Below, piece by piece: positions 28,774 to 38,436 of a stretch of DNA of 64,000 bases. A program made the position numbers and the translations under genes. The stretch covers positions 200,406 through 264,405 of the forward strand of contig OZ244824.1 of NCBI GenBank assembly GCA_965220375.1. Reading direction: 5' to 3'. Position 1 is the stretch's first letter, and each line of letters opens with the position of its first letter. The notes under the pieces were generated by a model. It was not told the origin of the DNA and searched no databases. It saw only the letters and a program-made list of their open reading frames with translations. Origin of the DNA: Dehalococcoidia bacterium. Its GTDB lineage: Bacteria; Chloroflexota; Dehalococcoidia; Lucifugimonadales; JAGWBF01.

Positions 28774-28811
28774 CTCCTGCGAAGTAAGAAGGAAGAGGTC
28801 CAGGAGGGGTT

Positions 28812-29075
28812 CTGGATAAGGAAAGAAAGTCCCAACTCATAGAGGACTTTCAGCAACACGACAGCGACACAGGGTCTGTAGAAGTCCAGGTAGCTATACT
28901 TACCGATCGGGTCAGGCAGCTCACAGACCACCTCCGCCAGCACAAGAAGGATGTCCATTCCCGGATAGGCCTTCTCAAGCTTGTAGGTCAACGCCGAAGT
29001 CTGCTGAATTACCTATCTCGCGAGGACGTTGGCCGGTACCGCACCCTTATCAGTCGCCTTGGCCTGAGAAGATAG
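28812..29075 (+). CDS. rpsO: 30S ribosomal protein S15 (apparent CTG start; not in ORF track)
   Basis: Translation (L/M)[86 protein letters not shown] is a clear S15. An in-frame TAA lies at 28785-28787, and no ATG/GTG/TTG occurs between it and the conserved region. AGGAGG at 28802-28807 precedes CTG 28812. Confidence 0.85.
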   Translation: MDKERKSQLIEDFQQHDSDTGSVEVQVAILTDRVRQLTDHLRQHKKDVHSRIGLLKLVGQRRSLLNYLSREDVGRYRTLISRLGLRR

Positions 29076-29103
29076 CCCCGCCCGTCGGGGCTTTCTACTT
29101 TTC
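29074..29103 (+). terminator. hairpin plus T-rich tract between rpsO and pnp (attenuator or processing site)
   Basis: AGCCCCG (29074-29080) pairs with CGGGGCT (29086-29092) around a 5-nt loop, followed by TTCTACTTTTCC. Confidence 0.55.
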
Positions 29104-29148
29104 CGGGCACCTTCACCATACCTTAAGAGAGGTCGTTTATCTCCAACT

Positions 29149-31392
29149 ATGTACTACTCTGTGGAACGGAATATCGGTGGAAAACAGATTCTTATCGAGA
29201 CAGGAAAATACGCCGAACAAGCGGACGCAAGCGCAACGGTCCGGTCCGGCGACACGATCATCCTTGCCACTTTATGTGTTGCCCCAAAGGCAAGACCTGA
29301 TATCGATTTTCTGCCCTTGACGGTTGACTACGAAGAAAGGCTATACGCCGCTGGGCGCATACCGGGCAGCTTCTTCCGAAGGGAGGGCAGGCCCACCCAG
29401 CAGGCCATACTTTTCGGCCGTCTCATCGACCGGCCCATCCGACCCCTTCTACCCAAGGGGTTCTACAACGACATCCAGATCATCATAACCGTCATGTCCG
29501 TGGACAAGGAGAACCCTCCCGAGACCCTGGGCATAGTCGGCGCTTCCGCAGCACTGGCGATGTCCCACCTCCCCTTCCCAACACCCATTGGGGCCTGCCG
29601 CGTCGGTTACTCCAATGGCAGCTACATCATCAATCCCACCTACTCCGAGACCGACAACAGCAGTTTGGCGTTGGTGATCGCAAGCACCAAGGATGCGGTG
29701 ATGATGGTCGAGTCCGAGTCCGACGAGGTCTCTGAAGAGACCGTCCTGGAAGGGATCCGGAAGGGTCAGGCTGCCAATCTTCAGATCATCGAAATGGTGG
29801 AAGAGCTGGCCTCTGCCGTGGGCAGAGAGAAGATGGTCATCCAGACCAGCAATTACCAGCAGGAAGTGGAAAACAGTGTCTCGTCCTTCCTGAACGGCCG
29901 GATGACCTCTGTCCTGGAAGCAGGTCTCAGCAAGGTTGAGCGGGAAGAGTCCCTGAACGCCCTGGAATCGGAAGCCAGGGAAGCGCTTGCCGATGAACAC
30001 CCGGCGGACCAGGTCGGGGCAGCTTTCGAAAACATCCTAAAGGAGCAGATGCGTCAGAGGATTCTCAACCACGGCATCCGCGCCGACGGCAGGAGCACCA
30101 CAGAGATCCGGCCCATCAGCTGCGAGGTGGGAATACTGCCCCGCACCCACGGCACCGGCCTTTTCACCCGCGGGCAGACGCAGGTCTTGAGCGTAGTTAC
30201 TTTGGGTTCGACCCTGATGAAGCAGACCCTGGATGATCTGGGGCCCGACGACACAAAGCACTTCATGCACCACTACAACTTCACCCCCTACTCCACCGGT
30301 GAGGTGAAGAGGGTCGGGTCCCCCGGCAGGCGGGAGGTCGGACACGGGGCGCTGGCGGAGCGCAGCATCCTTCAGTCCATCCCCCCCGAAACGGACTTTC
30401 CCTACACCATTCGCATCGTGTCCGAGGTGTTGAGCTCCAACGGCAGCACTTCCATGGCCAGCGTGTGCGGCAGCACCCTTGCCCTCATGGATGCAGGTGT
30501 CCCAATAAAGCGTCCCGTGGCCGGGGTCGCTATGGGACTGATAATGGGCTCCGACGGGCGCAACACCATCCTAACTGATATCGAAGGCTTGGAAGACCAC
30601 CTTGGCGATATGGATTTCAAGGTGGCCGGCACCTCCCAGGGCATAAACGCTCTGCAGATGGACATCAAGGTGAAGGGCATAACGAACGAGATACTGGAGC
30701 GCGCCCTGGCACAGGCCAAGGACGGGCGGATGTTCATCCTGGCCAAGATGGAAGAGGCCATCACCCAGCCGAGGGAGTCCCTCAGCCCCTATGCTCCCAA
30801 GATGTTGCGCATAAGCATCCCCGTTGCCAAGATCGGGATGGTGATCGGCCCCGGCGGGCGGATGATCCGTAGTATCCAGGAGGAGACGGGAGCGACCATA
30901 GATGTGCAGGACGACGGCACGGTGACCATATCCGTCTCCGACGACCGAATGATGGCCAGCGCACGCTCCAAGATCGAAGGGCTGACCAGGGAAGTGATGG
31001 TCGGAGACATCTTCACCGGCAAAGTCTCCCGGGTAACCAACTTTGGGGCGTTTGTAGAGCTTATTCCGGGCAAGGATGGCCTTGCCAGGTCCGAGGACTT
31101 GGGCGATATCGCCGAGAGCGTGGAGGTCGGCCAGGAGATTACCGTAATCGTCCAGGAGATCGACCACATGGGAAGGGTCAACGTATCACGCCAAGCCTTG
31201 CTCGGCGGCTCCGAAGCTGCCCAGCCCGGCGCGGATCGGAACAACCGCCCGCCGGCTCCCTTCAACAGAAACTCCAGCCCCGGCGGCTTCCGCAACGACC
31301 GCAGGCCCCCCAGGCCGGGAGGACCTAGCGCTGGCGGAGGCAGCGGACAAAGCTCAGGACGGCGGCCCTACCGCGGTCCTTCCAACAGGTAG
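29149..31392 (+). CDS. pnp: polyribonucleotide nucleotidyltransferase (PNPase) with Arg/Gly/Pro-rich C-terminal tail
   Basis: 747 aa with two RNase PH domains (DGRSTTEIRPI, GDMDFKVAGT), a KH domain and an S1 domain (GDIFTGKVSRVTNFGAFVEL). The last ~60 aa are low-complexity. Confidence 0.95.
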   Translation: MYYSVERNIGGKQILIETGKYAEQADASATVRSGDTIILATLCVAPKARPDIDFLPLTVDYEERLYAAGRIPGSFFRREGRPTQQAILFGRLIDRPIRPLLPKGFYNDIQIIITVMSVDKENPPETLGIVGASAALAMSHLPFPTPIGACRVGYSNGSYIINPTYSETDNSSLALVIASTKDAVMMVESESDEVSEETVLEGIRKGQAANLQIIEMVEELASAVGREKMVIQTSNYQQEVENSVSSFLNGRMTSVLEAGLSKVEREESLNALESEAREALADEHPADQVGAAFENILKEQMRQRILNHGIRADGRSTTEIRPISCEVGILPRTHGTGLFTRGQTQVLSVVTLGSTLMKQTLDDLGPDDTKHFMHHYNFTPYSTGEVKRVGSPGRREVGHGALAERSILQSIPPETDFPYTIRIVSEVLSSNGSTSMASVCGSTLALMDAGVPIKRPVAGVAMGLIMGSDGRNTILTDIEGLEDHLGDMDFKVAGTSQGINALQMDIKVKGITNEILERALAQAKDGRMFILAKMEEAITQPRESLSPYAPKMLRISIPVAKIGMVIGPGGRMIRSIQEETGATIDVQDDGTVTISVSDDRMMASARSKIEGLTREVMVGDIFTGKVSRVTNFGAFVELIPGKDGLARSEDLGDIAESVEVGQEITVIVQEIDHMGRVNVSRQALLGGSEAAQPGADRNNRPPAPFNRNSSPGGFRNDRRPPRPGGPSAGGGSGQSSGRRPYRGPSNR

Positions 31393-31461
31393 CGCCACAA
31401 TGTCCACCCACCGAGGAAATAACCTGAAGAACGGTTCGGTGGTCGTGGGAAAAGGTGCCCA

Positions 31462-32253
31462 ATGGCTCCGCTGAGGGTTGCTGTGGCGGGGGCCACCGGC
31501 AAAATGGGTCGGGAAGCCCTCATCGCCCTCTCCAACGCCTCCGACATGGAGCTGGTCGGGGCGACCTGCCGTCAGGACCGTGGGCCATACCTGGAAGTGC
31601 CCGGAATCTCGGAGCGTGTCCCCCTTGGCACGGACCTGGCGACGGTCCTGGACTCCACCAAGCCTCATGTCCTGGTCGATTTCACCGCCGCCGCATCAGT
31701 CATGGCCGCAGCTCCCCTCGCCGCCCAGCGGAAGATTCACCTGGTTACCGGGACAACCGGCCTGGCCGAAGGGGACTTCACCAAGCTGGAAGCTATTTCC
31801 AGTGAGAACGGGGTGGGAATAGTCGTCGCAGCAAACCTCTCCATCGGAGGAGTGCTCCTCGTTCACCTAGCAAAGCAAGCTGCCCCTTATTTCGACTATG
31901 TGGACATAGTGGAGACCCATCACGAAGCAAAGATCGATGCTCCTTCGGGCACCGCCCAGGTAATCGCCAACGCAATAACCGAAGGCAAGGAATACCGCAG
32001 GAACGTAACCGAGCACGAAAACATTGCGAACGTAAGAGGCGGCGAGCAGGGAGGGGTGGGCATACACAGCATCAGGATGGCAGGACGAGTCGCCCACCAC
32101 GAGGTGGTCATGGGAATGGCGGGCCAGGCGCTCACCCTACGCCATGATATGATCAGCAGGGATTGCTGCATGCCCGGGATGCTCCTTGCAATCCGGGAGG
32201 TCGGAAAGCTGGGGCGGCTGGTGGTGGGCTTGGACAAGATCATGGGGCTTTAA
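31462..32253 (+). CDS. dapB: 4-hydroxy-tetrahydrodipicolinate reductase
   Basis: 263 aa. It has the N-terminal VAVAGATGKMG dinucleotide fold and the ETHHEAKIDAPSGTA motif. Confidence 0.9.
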   Translation: MAPLRVAVAGATGKMGREALIALSNASDMELVGATCRQDRGPYLEVPGISERVPLGTDLATVLDSTKPHVLVDFTAAASVMAAAPLAAQRKIHLVTGTTGLAEGDFTKLEAISSENGVGIVVAANLSIGGVLLVHLAKQAAPYFDYVDIVETHHEAKIDAPSGTAQVIANAITEGKEYRRNVTEHENIANVRGGEQGGVGIHSIRMAGRVAHHEVVMGMAGQALTLRHDMISRDCCMPGMLLAIREVGKLGRLVVGLDKIMGL

Positions 32254-32269
32254 GCAGGGCGCAAGGTAG

Positions 32270-33319
32270 ATGAAAGAGCCAAGCATAGTGGTTGTCGGGG
32301 CCACAGGCGCCGTCGGACGGGAGTTCCTGCGGATACTCGAAGAGAGAGATTTCCCAGCCCGCGAGATAAGACTCCTGGCATCCAGCCGTTCTGCCGGCAC
32401 GAAGCTGCGGGTAAGAGGAGAAGAGCTGGAGGTCAGGGAGGCCGCCCCGGAACAGTTCCGGGGAGCCGACATTGCCTTCATATCCGTCAACAGCCAGCTA
32501 AGCGCCCAGCTTGGGCCTGCCGCGGTAGAGGCCGGGGCGCTGGTAATCGACGACAGCTCCTGTTTTCGCATGGACCCTGATGTCCCCTTGGTCGTCCCAG
32601 AGGTCAATGGCGAAGATGTAAAGTGGCATCGAGGCATCATCTCCATCCCGAACTGCTCCACGACGCCCCTGGTGATGATAGCCCATCCCTTGAATAAAGA
32701 ATCCCCAATCACCCGCATCGTTGCAGACACCTACCAATCGGTGTCCGGCGCGGGTGGGGCAGCCATGGACGAGCTCCGGGATCAGAGCCGGTCCGTCCTG
32801 GAGGGAGAGGCTGCAGAGCCTAGCAACTTCCCCCGGCAGATCGCCTTCAACATCTTTCCCCATATCGATAATTTCACATCTAACGGCTACACCTTCGAAG
32901 AGCAGAAGATGCTCCAGGAAACGCGGAAGATCATGCACCTGCCCGGCATTCCAGTGTCCGCCACCTGCGTGCGGGTCCCCGTGTTCGGCGCCCACAGCGC
33001 CGCCGTGCACCTGGAGTTCCAGGATCCTATCAGCCCCCAACGGGCAGCAGAATTACTGGCCGGAATGCCTGGGGTTAAAGTGATGGGAGCATCGGGGGAG
33101 AATGATTATCCCACCCCCTGGGATGTAGCGGGTACCGATGATGTTTACGTGGGGCGCATCCGCCAGGACATCTCATCCAACCGGGGCTTGGCGATGTGGA
33201 TCGTGTGCGACAATCTCCGGAAGGGCGCAGCCCTCAACGCCATCCAGATCGCTGAAGAGGCGCTGCGCCTGGACCAGCTTGCTCCCGGAGAGGTAGCAGC
33301 CACCTTTGGTTCCGTGTAA
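32270..33319 (+). CDS. asd: aspartate-semialdehyde dehydrogenase
   Basis: 349 aa. Motifs: VVGATGAVGRE, the active-site Cys in IPNCSTT, SGAG and VPVFGAHS. Confidence 0.9.
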   Translation: MKEPSIVVVGATGAVGREFLRILEERDFPAREIRLLASSRSAGTKLRVRGEELEVREAAPEQFRGADIAFISVNSQLSAQLGPAAVEAGALVIDDSSCFRMDPDVPLVVPEVNGEDVKWHRGIISIPNCSTTPLVMIAHPLNKESPITRIVADTYQSVSGAGGAAMDELRDQSRSVLEGEAAEPSNFPRQIAFNIFPHIDNFTSNGYTFEEQKMLQETRKIMHLPGIPVSATCVRVPVFGAHSAAVHLEFQDPISPQRAAELLAGMPGVKVMGASGENDYPTPWDVAGTDDVYVGRIRQDISSNRGLAMWIVCDNLRKGAALNAIQIAEEALRLDQLAPGEVAATFGSV

Positions 33320-33399
33320 AATCTCATCGGCCAACGTGCAAAGAAACCAAGCTGCATGATGTTCGACGCCCGAATCTAGCCTTAGGGATGGTGCACTAG

Positions 33400-34917
33400 A
33401 TGACTCCCGCAGAAACGCAGATGCCATTCAGCTGTCCCCTGCTGATCAACGGCGAGGAGGGGCCGTCTTCCTCGGGACAGCAGTTCCATCGAGAGAACCC
33501 GGCCGACAACAGGGTCACCGTCACCGCTGCGGCACAGGGGACGGCGTCGGACATGAGGGCTGCAATCGATGCTGCCCGACATGCCTTTGACACCAACACT
33601 GAAAACTGGACCACCAACCACAAGTTACGAGAGCGGGTGCTTTATCGCACAGGTGAGCTTATTCGAGCCAACGCGGAGCGACTCGCCGCCATAGTCCGCC
33701 TGGAAGTCGGGATGCCCGCCAGGCAGGCTGCGGGACATGTCGTCGCTGCAGCTGATATATTCGACTTTTACGCGGGGTATGCGGGGAAGCTCTACGGGGA
33801 GTCCTTCTTCCAACCCAGCGGATCCATGATCAACCTTGTCAAGGAGCCAATCGGCGTTGTGGCCTTGATCACCCCCTGGAACTTTCCCCTCACCCAGACC
33901 GCCCGCAAGGTGGCCCCAGCCCTGGCTGTCGGCTGCACGCTCGTGCTCAAGCCGGCGAGCTACACCCCCCAAAGCACCTACGAGCTGGTCAAGCTGCTGC
34001 ACGAGGCCGGCGCTCCGGCGGGTATTGTGAACTTCGTGACCGGGCCCGGTGATGTGATCGGGGCAGAGATGGTGAGAAATCCTGGAGTCGACAAGATTTC
34101 CTTCACGGGAGAGACGGGCACCGGAAAGCGGATCGCTGCCGAAGCTGCCATGAACGTCAAGCGCATCAGCTTGGAGCTCGGAGGCAAAGCCCCCTTCGTG
34201 GTCTTCGAAGATTCGGACTTGGATGCAGCCGCTCGGGCTGCGGTGTTCGGCATGTTCCGAAATGCGGGGCAGGCCTGCGGCGCAACCACCAGGCTGCTTG
34301 TCCAGGACGGCATACACGACTCCTTCCTGGAACAGGTTGTGTCCCTCACTAAGGCTATAGAGGTGGGACAGCCCGACCAACAGTCCACGGATATGGGCCC
34401 ACTGGTATCCAAGAGCCAGGAAAACACCGTCCAGCAATACATAAGGATGGGGCTGGACTCCGGCTTCTCCCTTGTTACCGGCGGGAATAAGCTGGCTGGA
34501 AGCCCCTTCGACCACGGCTACTTTGTGGACCCGACCATCTTTGACAACGTGGAAAACTCCTCTGCCTTGGGGCAGGAGGAGATATTTGGACCTGTGGTGG
34601 CGGTGACCTCATTCAGCGAAGAGGAAGAGGCCATCGAGCTGGCCAACGATGTGCCCTATGGACTGGTGGCAGGGGTGTGGAGCGGTGACTATGTGCGTTC
34701 CATGCGGGTAGCCCGGCGTATTCGTGCGGGAACAGTCTGGATATGGGATAATTATGCTCAGCCGGTGGAGGGGATCTGGGGAGGATACAAGCAGAGCGGC
34801 ATCGGGAGGGAGCTTGGCCCATATGGGCTGGATGATTTCATCGAGGTCAAGCAGATTTACACCGATGGCACCGGACTCTCCACCAAGCCGGCGTACCGCC
34901 AGGTTATCAAGGACTGA
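33400..34917 (+). CDS. NAD(P)-dependent aldehyde dehydrogenase family protein
   Basis: 505 aa. Motifs: ITPWNFP, FTGETGTGK, ELGGKAP, the catalytic Cys context NAGQACGATTR, and EEIFGPV. Confidence 0.85.
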   Translation: MTPAETQMPFSCPLLINGEEGPSSSGQQFHRENPADNRVTVTAAAQGTASDMRAAIDAARHAFDTNTENWTTNHKLRERVLYRTGELIRANAERLAAIVRLEVGMPARQAAGHVVAAADIFDFYAGYAGKLYGESFFQPSGSMINLVKEPIGVVALITPWNFPLTQTARKVAPALAVGCTLVLKPASYTPQSTYELVKLLHEAGAPAGIVNFVTGPGDVIGAEMVRNPGVDKISFTGETGTGKRIAAEAAMNVKRISLELGGKAPFVVFEDSDLDAAARAAVFGMFRNAGQACGATTRLLVQDGIHDSFLEQVVSLTKAIEVGQPDQQSTDMGPLVSKSQENTVQQYIRMGLDSGFSLVTGGNKLAGSPFDHGYFVDPTIFDNVENSSALGQEEIFGPVVAVTSFSEEEEAIELANDVPYGLVAGVWSGDYVRSMRVARRIRAGTVWIWDNYAQPVEGIWGGYKQSGIGRELGPYGLDDFIEVKQIYTDGTGLSTKPAYRQVIKD

Positions 34918-34959
34918 TGACCGTCTCGGGCCTTTAACCACCAAGCCAGGAGGTCTGCG

Positions 34960-35856
34960 TTGAAGGAGCTAGGAAGGCTGATAACGGCAATGGTGACCCC
35001 TTTCGACGACGAGGGAAGGGTCAGCTATGAGAAGGCCCGGGACCTGGCGAATGCCCTGGTAGATTCGGGCAGCGACGGCCTGATAGTCACCGGCACCACG
35101 GGAGAAGGCCCGACGGTGAGCAAGGAAGAGAAGCTCCGCTTGTATGCAGAGATCAAGGAGGCTGTGGGCAGCCGCGCCAGCGTTATCGCAGGGACCGGCA
35201 CCTATAACACCGCTGAAAGCATAGAGATGAGCATCGAGGCCGAACGCGCCGGGGCCGATGGTGTCCTCCTTGTAGTGCCCTACTACAACAAGCCTCCCCA
35301 GGAGGGTCTGTACCAGCACTTCAAGGCCATCGCAGGCAGCGTCAACCTTCCTTGCATGCTGTACAACGTAACCAGCCGGACCAGCCTGAATATGACCGAT
35401 GAAACGACCATCAGGCTAAGCCACATAGATAATATCGTCGGCGTCAAAGATGCAGGAAGCGATCTCGACCAGACTGCGCGCACCATCCAAGGCTGTGCCG
35501 ATGGCTTCCGTGTGTGGAGCGGCAACGACAACGAGACCTTCCCCATAATGGCCCTCGGCGGCTATGGAGTGGTGAGCGTCGCATCCCACCTGGTGGGCAA
35601 CCAGATCAGCGCCATGATCGGGATGATACTGGAGGGGGAGATCGAGAACGCAGCCTCCGAGCACCGCCGGCTGCTCCCCTTGTTCAAGGTGCTGTTCATA
35701 GTGTCAAACCCCATCCCCGTGAAGCACTCTCTGAACCACATCGGGTTCGGTGTGGGTACGCCCCGTCTCCCCTTGGTCCCCGCCGATGAGAAATCGGCCA
35801 AGCAGATAGAAGCGGCGCTTGGGGAGTACAAGATAGACCTGCCCGTACCTGCTTAA
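34960..35856 (+). CDS. dapA: 4-hydroxy-tetrahydrodipicolinate synthase (TTG start)
   Basis: 298 aa. Motifs: ITAMVTPF, GLIVTGTTGE, VPYYNKP and the Lys context GVKDA. AGGAGG lies 7 nt upstream of TTG 34960. Confidence 0.9.
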   Translation: MKELGRLITAMVTPFDDEGRVSYEKARDLANALVDSGSDGLIVTGTTGEGPTVSKEEKLRLYAEIKEAVGSRASVIAGTGTYNTAESIEMSIEAERAGADGVLLVVPYYNKPPQEGLYQHFKAIAGSVNLPCMLYNVTSRTSLNMTDETTIRLSHIDNIVGVKDAGSDLDQTARTIQGCADGFRVWSGNDNETFPIMALGGYGVVSVASHLVGNQISAMIGMILEGEIENAASEHRRLLPLFKVLFIVSNPIPVKHSLNHIGFGVGTPRLPLVPADEKSAKQIEAALGEYKIDLPVPA

Positions 35857-35961
35857 CTCTGCTGGTTAAACCTCTACACCCTCTTCACCCTGGGTGAGGG
35901 CGTCCCCACCTGGCCCTAGTGCTTGGACATTAAAGCTTCCGGGGCTCGGGCATCCTCGAAT

Positions 35962-37245
35962 CTAGAGGATGTCTTCCACCAGGATCGTTTCGTCCCGGCC
36001 TGGACCAGTGGATATCAGGTGCACCGGGCACCCAATTATCTCTTCAATACAGCTTATGTAGTCCACAGCAGCCTTTGGCAGGTCCGACTTGTTGGTCGTG
36101 CTGGCTGTCGGCTCACTCCAACCAGGCATCTCCTCGAAGACAGGCTGGCAGTTCTCCAGGGCCGATATGCTGGCCGGGAATTCCTTTACAACCTTGCCTT
36201 CGACCTTGTACCCGGTGCACACCTTAATGCTCTCCAGTCCGTCCAGCACATCCAGGCGGGTCAGTACCAGGGATGTGAAGCCGTTGACGTTGGCGCTGTA
36301 TCGCCCCGCAACCCCATCGAACCAACCTATCCGCCTGGCCCGTCCCGTTGTGGCCCCGTACTCCCAAGCCTTCTCTCGCAGGGTCTCGCCCGTGGCGTCG
36401 AACATCTCCGAAGGCATCGGACCGCCACCTACCCGGGTGCAGTACGCCTTGAACACTCCCACTATTCCGCGGATCTCCCGAGGGCTGATGCCCAAGCCGG
36501 TACAGGCGCCTCCAACCGAGGGCGAAGAGGAAGTTACATAGGGGTAGGTGCCATGGTCCACATCCAGCAGGGTCCCCTGGGCGCCCTCAAGCAGCACGTT
36601 TTCTCCGCGGGCCAGGGATTCCCGGACCGTCACCTCTGCGGATTGAATGTGCTTTCCCATCTTCTCCGCCCACTCCCGGCACTTGTCGTAAACATCCGAT
36701 GCCGAGATAGGGCTTCCGCCGTAGATGCGTGTGATGATGGCGTTCTTGGATTCGACCACCTTTTCGAGCCTAGGCCGCAACGCGGGCAGATCATTAAGGT
36801 CTCCCACGCGGATGCCGGAGCGCCCAGTCTTGTCCATGTAGGCGGGACCAACACCCATGCCCGTGGTACCGATGGCTGCATCGCCCCGGGACTTCTCATC
36901 CAGGTTGTCCAGGATACCATGGTAGGGCATTATCAGGTGCGCGCGATCGCTGACCTGTAGGCGGCTGGTGTCCACGCCTGCATCGTCCAGGTACTCCAGC
37001 TCTCTCAGAAGAACGTCGGGATCAACAACCACCCCATTTCCTATGATGCAGGTTGACCGAGGCCGAAAAATGCCTGAGGGCACCAGGTGAAGACTGAACT
37101 CTCCCTGGGAATTGACCACGGTGTGGCCCGCATTGTTACCGCCGCCGTACCGCACCACGCAGTCGGCCTTTTCGGCAAGGTAGTCGATTATCTTACCCTT
37201 GCCTTCGTCGCCCCATTGGGCGCCTATCACAGCATAAGCCGGCAT
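35962..37245 (-). CDS. purA: adenylosuccinate synthase
   Basis: 427 aa. Motifs: GAQWGDEGKGK, GGNNAGHT, TTGMGVGPAY and GATTGRARR. Confidence 0.95.
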   Translation of the reverse strand: MPAYAVIGAQWGDEGKGKIIDYLAEKADCVVRYGGGNNAGHTVVNSQGEFSLHLVPSGIFRPRSTCIIGNGVVVDPDVLLRELEYLDDAGVDTSRLQVSDRAHLIMPYHGILDNLDEKSRGDAAIGTTGMGVGPAYMDKTGRSGIRVGDLNDLPALRPRLEKVVESKNAIITRIYGGSPISASDVYDKCREWAEKMGKHIQSAEVTVRESLARGENVLLEGAQGTLLDVDHGTYPYVTSSSPSVGGACTGLGISPREIRGIVGVFKAYCTRVGGGPMPSEMFDATGETLREKAWEYGATTGRARRIGWFDGVAGRYSANVNGFTSLVLTRLDVLDGLESIKVCTGYKVEGKVVKEFPASISALENCQPVFEEMPGWSEPTASTTNKSDLPKAAVDYISCIEEIIGCPVHLISTGPGRDETILVEDIL

Positions 37246-37341
37246 TCTTCCATCATCCTCGACGTTTCCTCAGTTCAGTTGGCGGCAACAAGCACAGGCA
37301 TATTTTCAGGTGCCGAACTGAAAAAGGCGTTGGGAAGTATA

Positions 37342-38395
37342 GCAGAGTTGGCACCCACTGGAAAGGAGGTCTTGTTCTCTCACAGCAAAAGGTACAGGGT
37401 AAATAGAATGAGATATGGCGAGAGTAGAGATCAGGAAGATAATAGAGACGTGGAAGTCATGTGGAGAGAACTATTCGGAGGCGGCCCGGAGGCTGGGAGT
37501 AGATCGGAGGACGGTAAAGCGTTGGGTGGGACGAGGAAGGCAGCCTTGGGGATATGTGCGTTGGCAAGGGTTGAAGCGGGGCTCGACAGCGCCCAAGCGA
37601 CCTTGGAGGGTCTTATGTGGAGAGATGGCGAGCCAGGTGAGGGCGTGGCGGGAAGCCACGGGCTTCTGTCGGGAGAAGCTGGCGGTGTTAGCCCGGAACC
37701 GAGGGTTGAAGGTCTCCGCATCGAGCATACATCGGTATCTGAAGAGGACCGGGTTGGTGAGGCCCAGCACCAAAAGGCGAAGGCCCCTATTCCAGAATGG
37801 TCAGGTGATGAGACCCCGTAACTGCCCTGGGTTGGGATATCTGCAGATGGACGTGAAATACCTCACCCCGGAACTATCCGGGCTGCCCTACACCTGCTAT
37901 CTGTATGCGGCCATGGACATCTACTCCCGGTACAAGGTAGGGCTGATCCTGCCCAAGCTGGACGAGGGAGGGTCTCTGCTGGCCCTGTATCACGCCACAG
38001 AGCAGTTCCCCTTCGCCTTATGCTACGTCCAGACTGACAACGGGCTGGAGTTTCAGAGACGCTTCCACGCCAAGTGTTCTGAGCTGGGGCTTGAGCACTT
38101 CTACATCCACAAGAACTCTCCCAATGAGAATGCAGTCATCGAGCGCAGCTTCAGAACCGATGAGGAAGAATGCTTCTTCCGCCTGGACCAACCCGCCCAA
38201 GACCACGTCCAACTCAACACCTGGTACCAATCCTACCTACACACCTATAACACCCTACGCCCTCATATGGGAATCAATATGCTTACTCCTAAGGAGGCTA
38301 TCGACCTGTACCATAAGTCCTGAGAGATTAAGGGAGATAGGGAAGGCGAAGACCTCATGCTCTGCGAGAACCGCTACGGACCGAGCCAACACTGC
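37342..38395 (+). mobile_element. IS481-like insertion sequence (boundaries tentative)
   Basis: A single HTH-plus-DDE ORF. The tips GCAGAGTTGGC (37342-37352) and the reverse complement of 38385-38395 (GCAGTGTTGGC) match 10 of 11. A size of ~1.05 kb fits IS481. No target-site duplication was recognised. Confidence 0.45.
37415..38323 (+). CDS. IS481-family DDE transposase (HTH plus rve integrase core)
   Basis: 302 aa. N-terminal HTH (NYSEAARRLGVDRRTVKRW). The DDE triad is LQMDVKYL, VQTDNGLEF and, exactly 35 residues after the second Asp, AVIERSF. Confidence 0.8.
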   Translation: MARVEIRKIIETWKSCGENYSEAARRLGVDRRTVKRWVGRGRQPWGYVRWQGLKRGSTAPKRPWRVLCGEMASQVRAWREATGFCREKLAVLARNRGLKVSASSIHRYLKRTGLVRPSTKRRRPLFQNGQVMRPRNCPGLGYLQMDVKYLTPELSGLPYTCYLYAAMDIYSRYKVGLILPKLDEGGSLLALYHATEQFPFALCYVQTDNGLEFQRRFHAKCSELGLEHFYIHKNSPNENAVIERSFRTDEEECFFRLDQPAQDHVQLNTWYQSYLHTYNTLRPHMGINMLTPKEAIDLYHKS

Positions 38396-38436
38396 CCACC
38401 TGAGGAACCCAGCCAATTCCACCGACAGCTAGAAGG

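Noticed and set aside
37087-37821. 244-aa plus-strand ORF spanning the purA 5' end, the spacer and the start of the IS481-like transposase gene.
   Set aside because: It crosses three independent features in alternative frames and has no homology. The region is better explained by purA (minus strand) and the transposase (frame of 37415).
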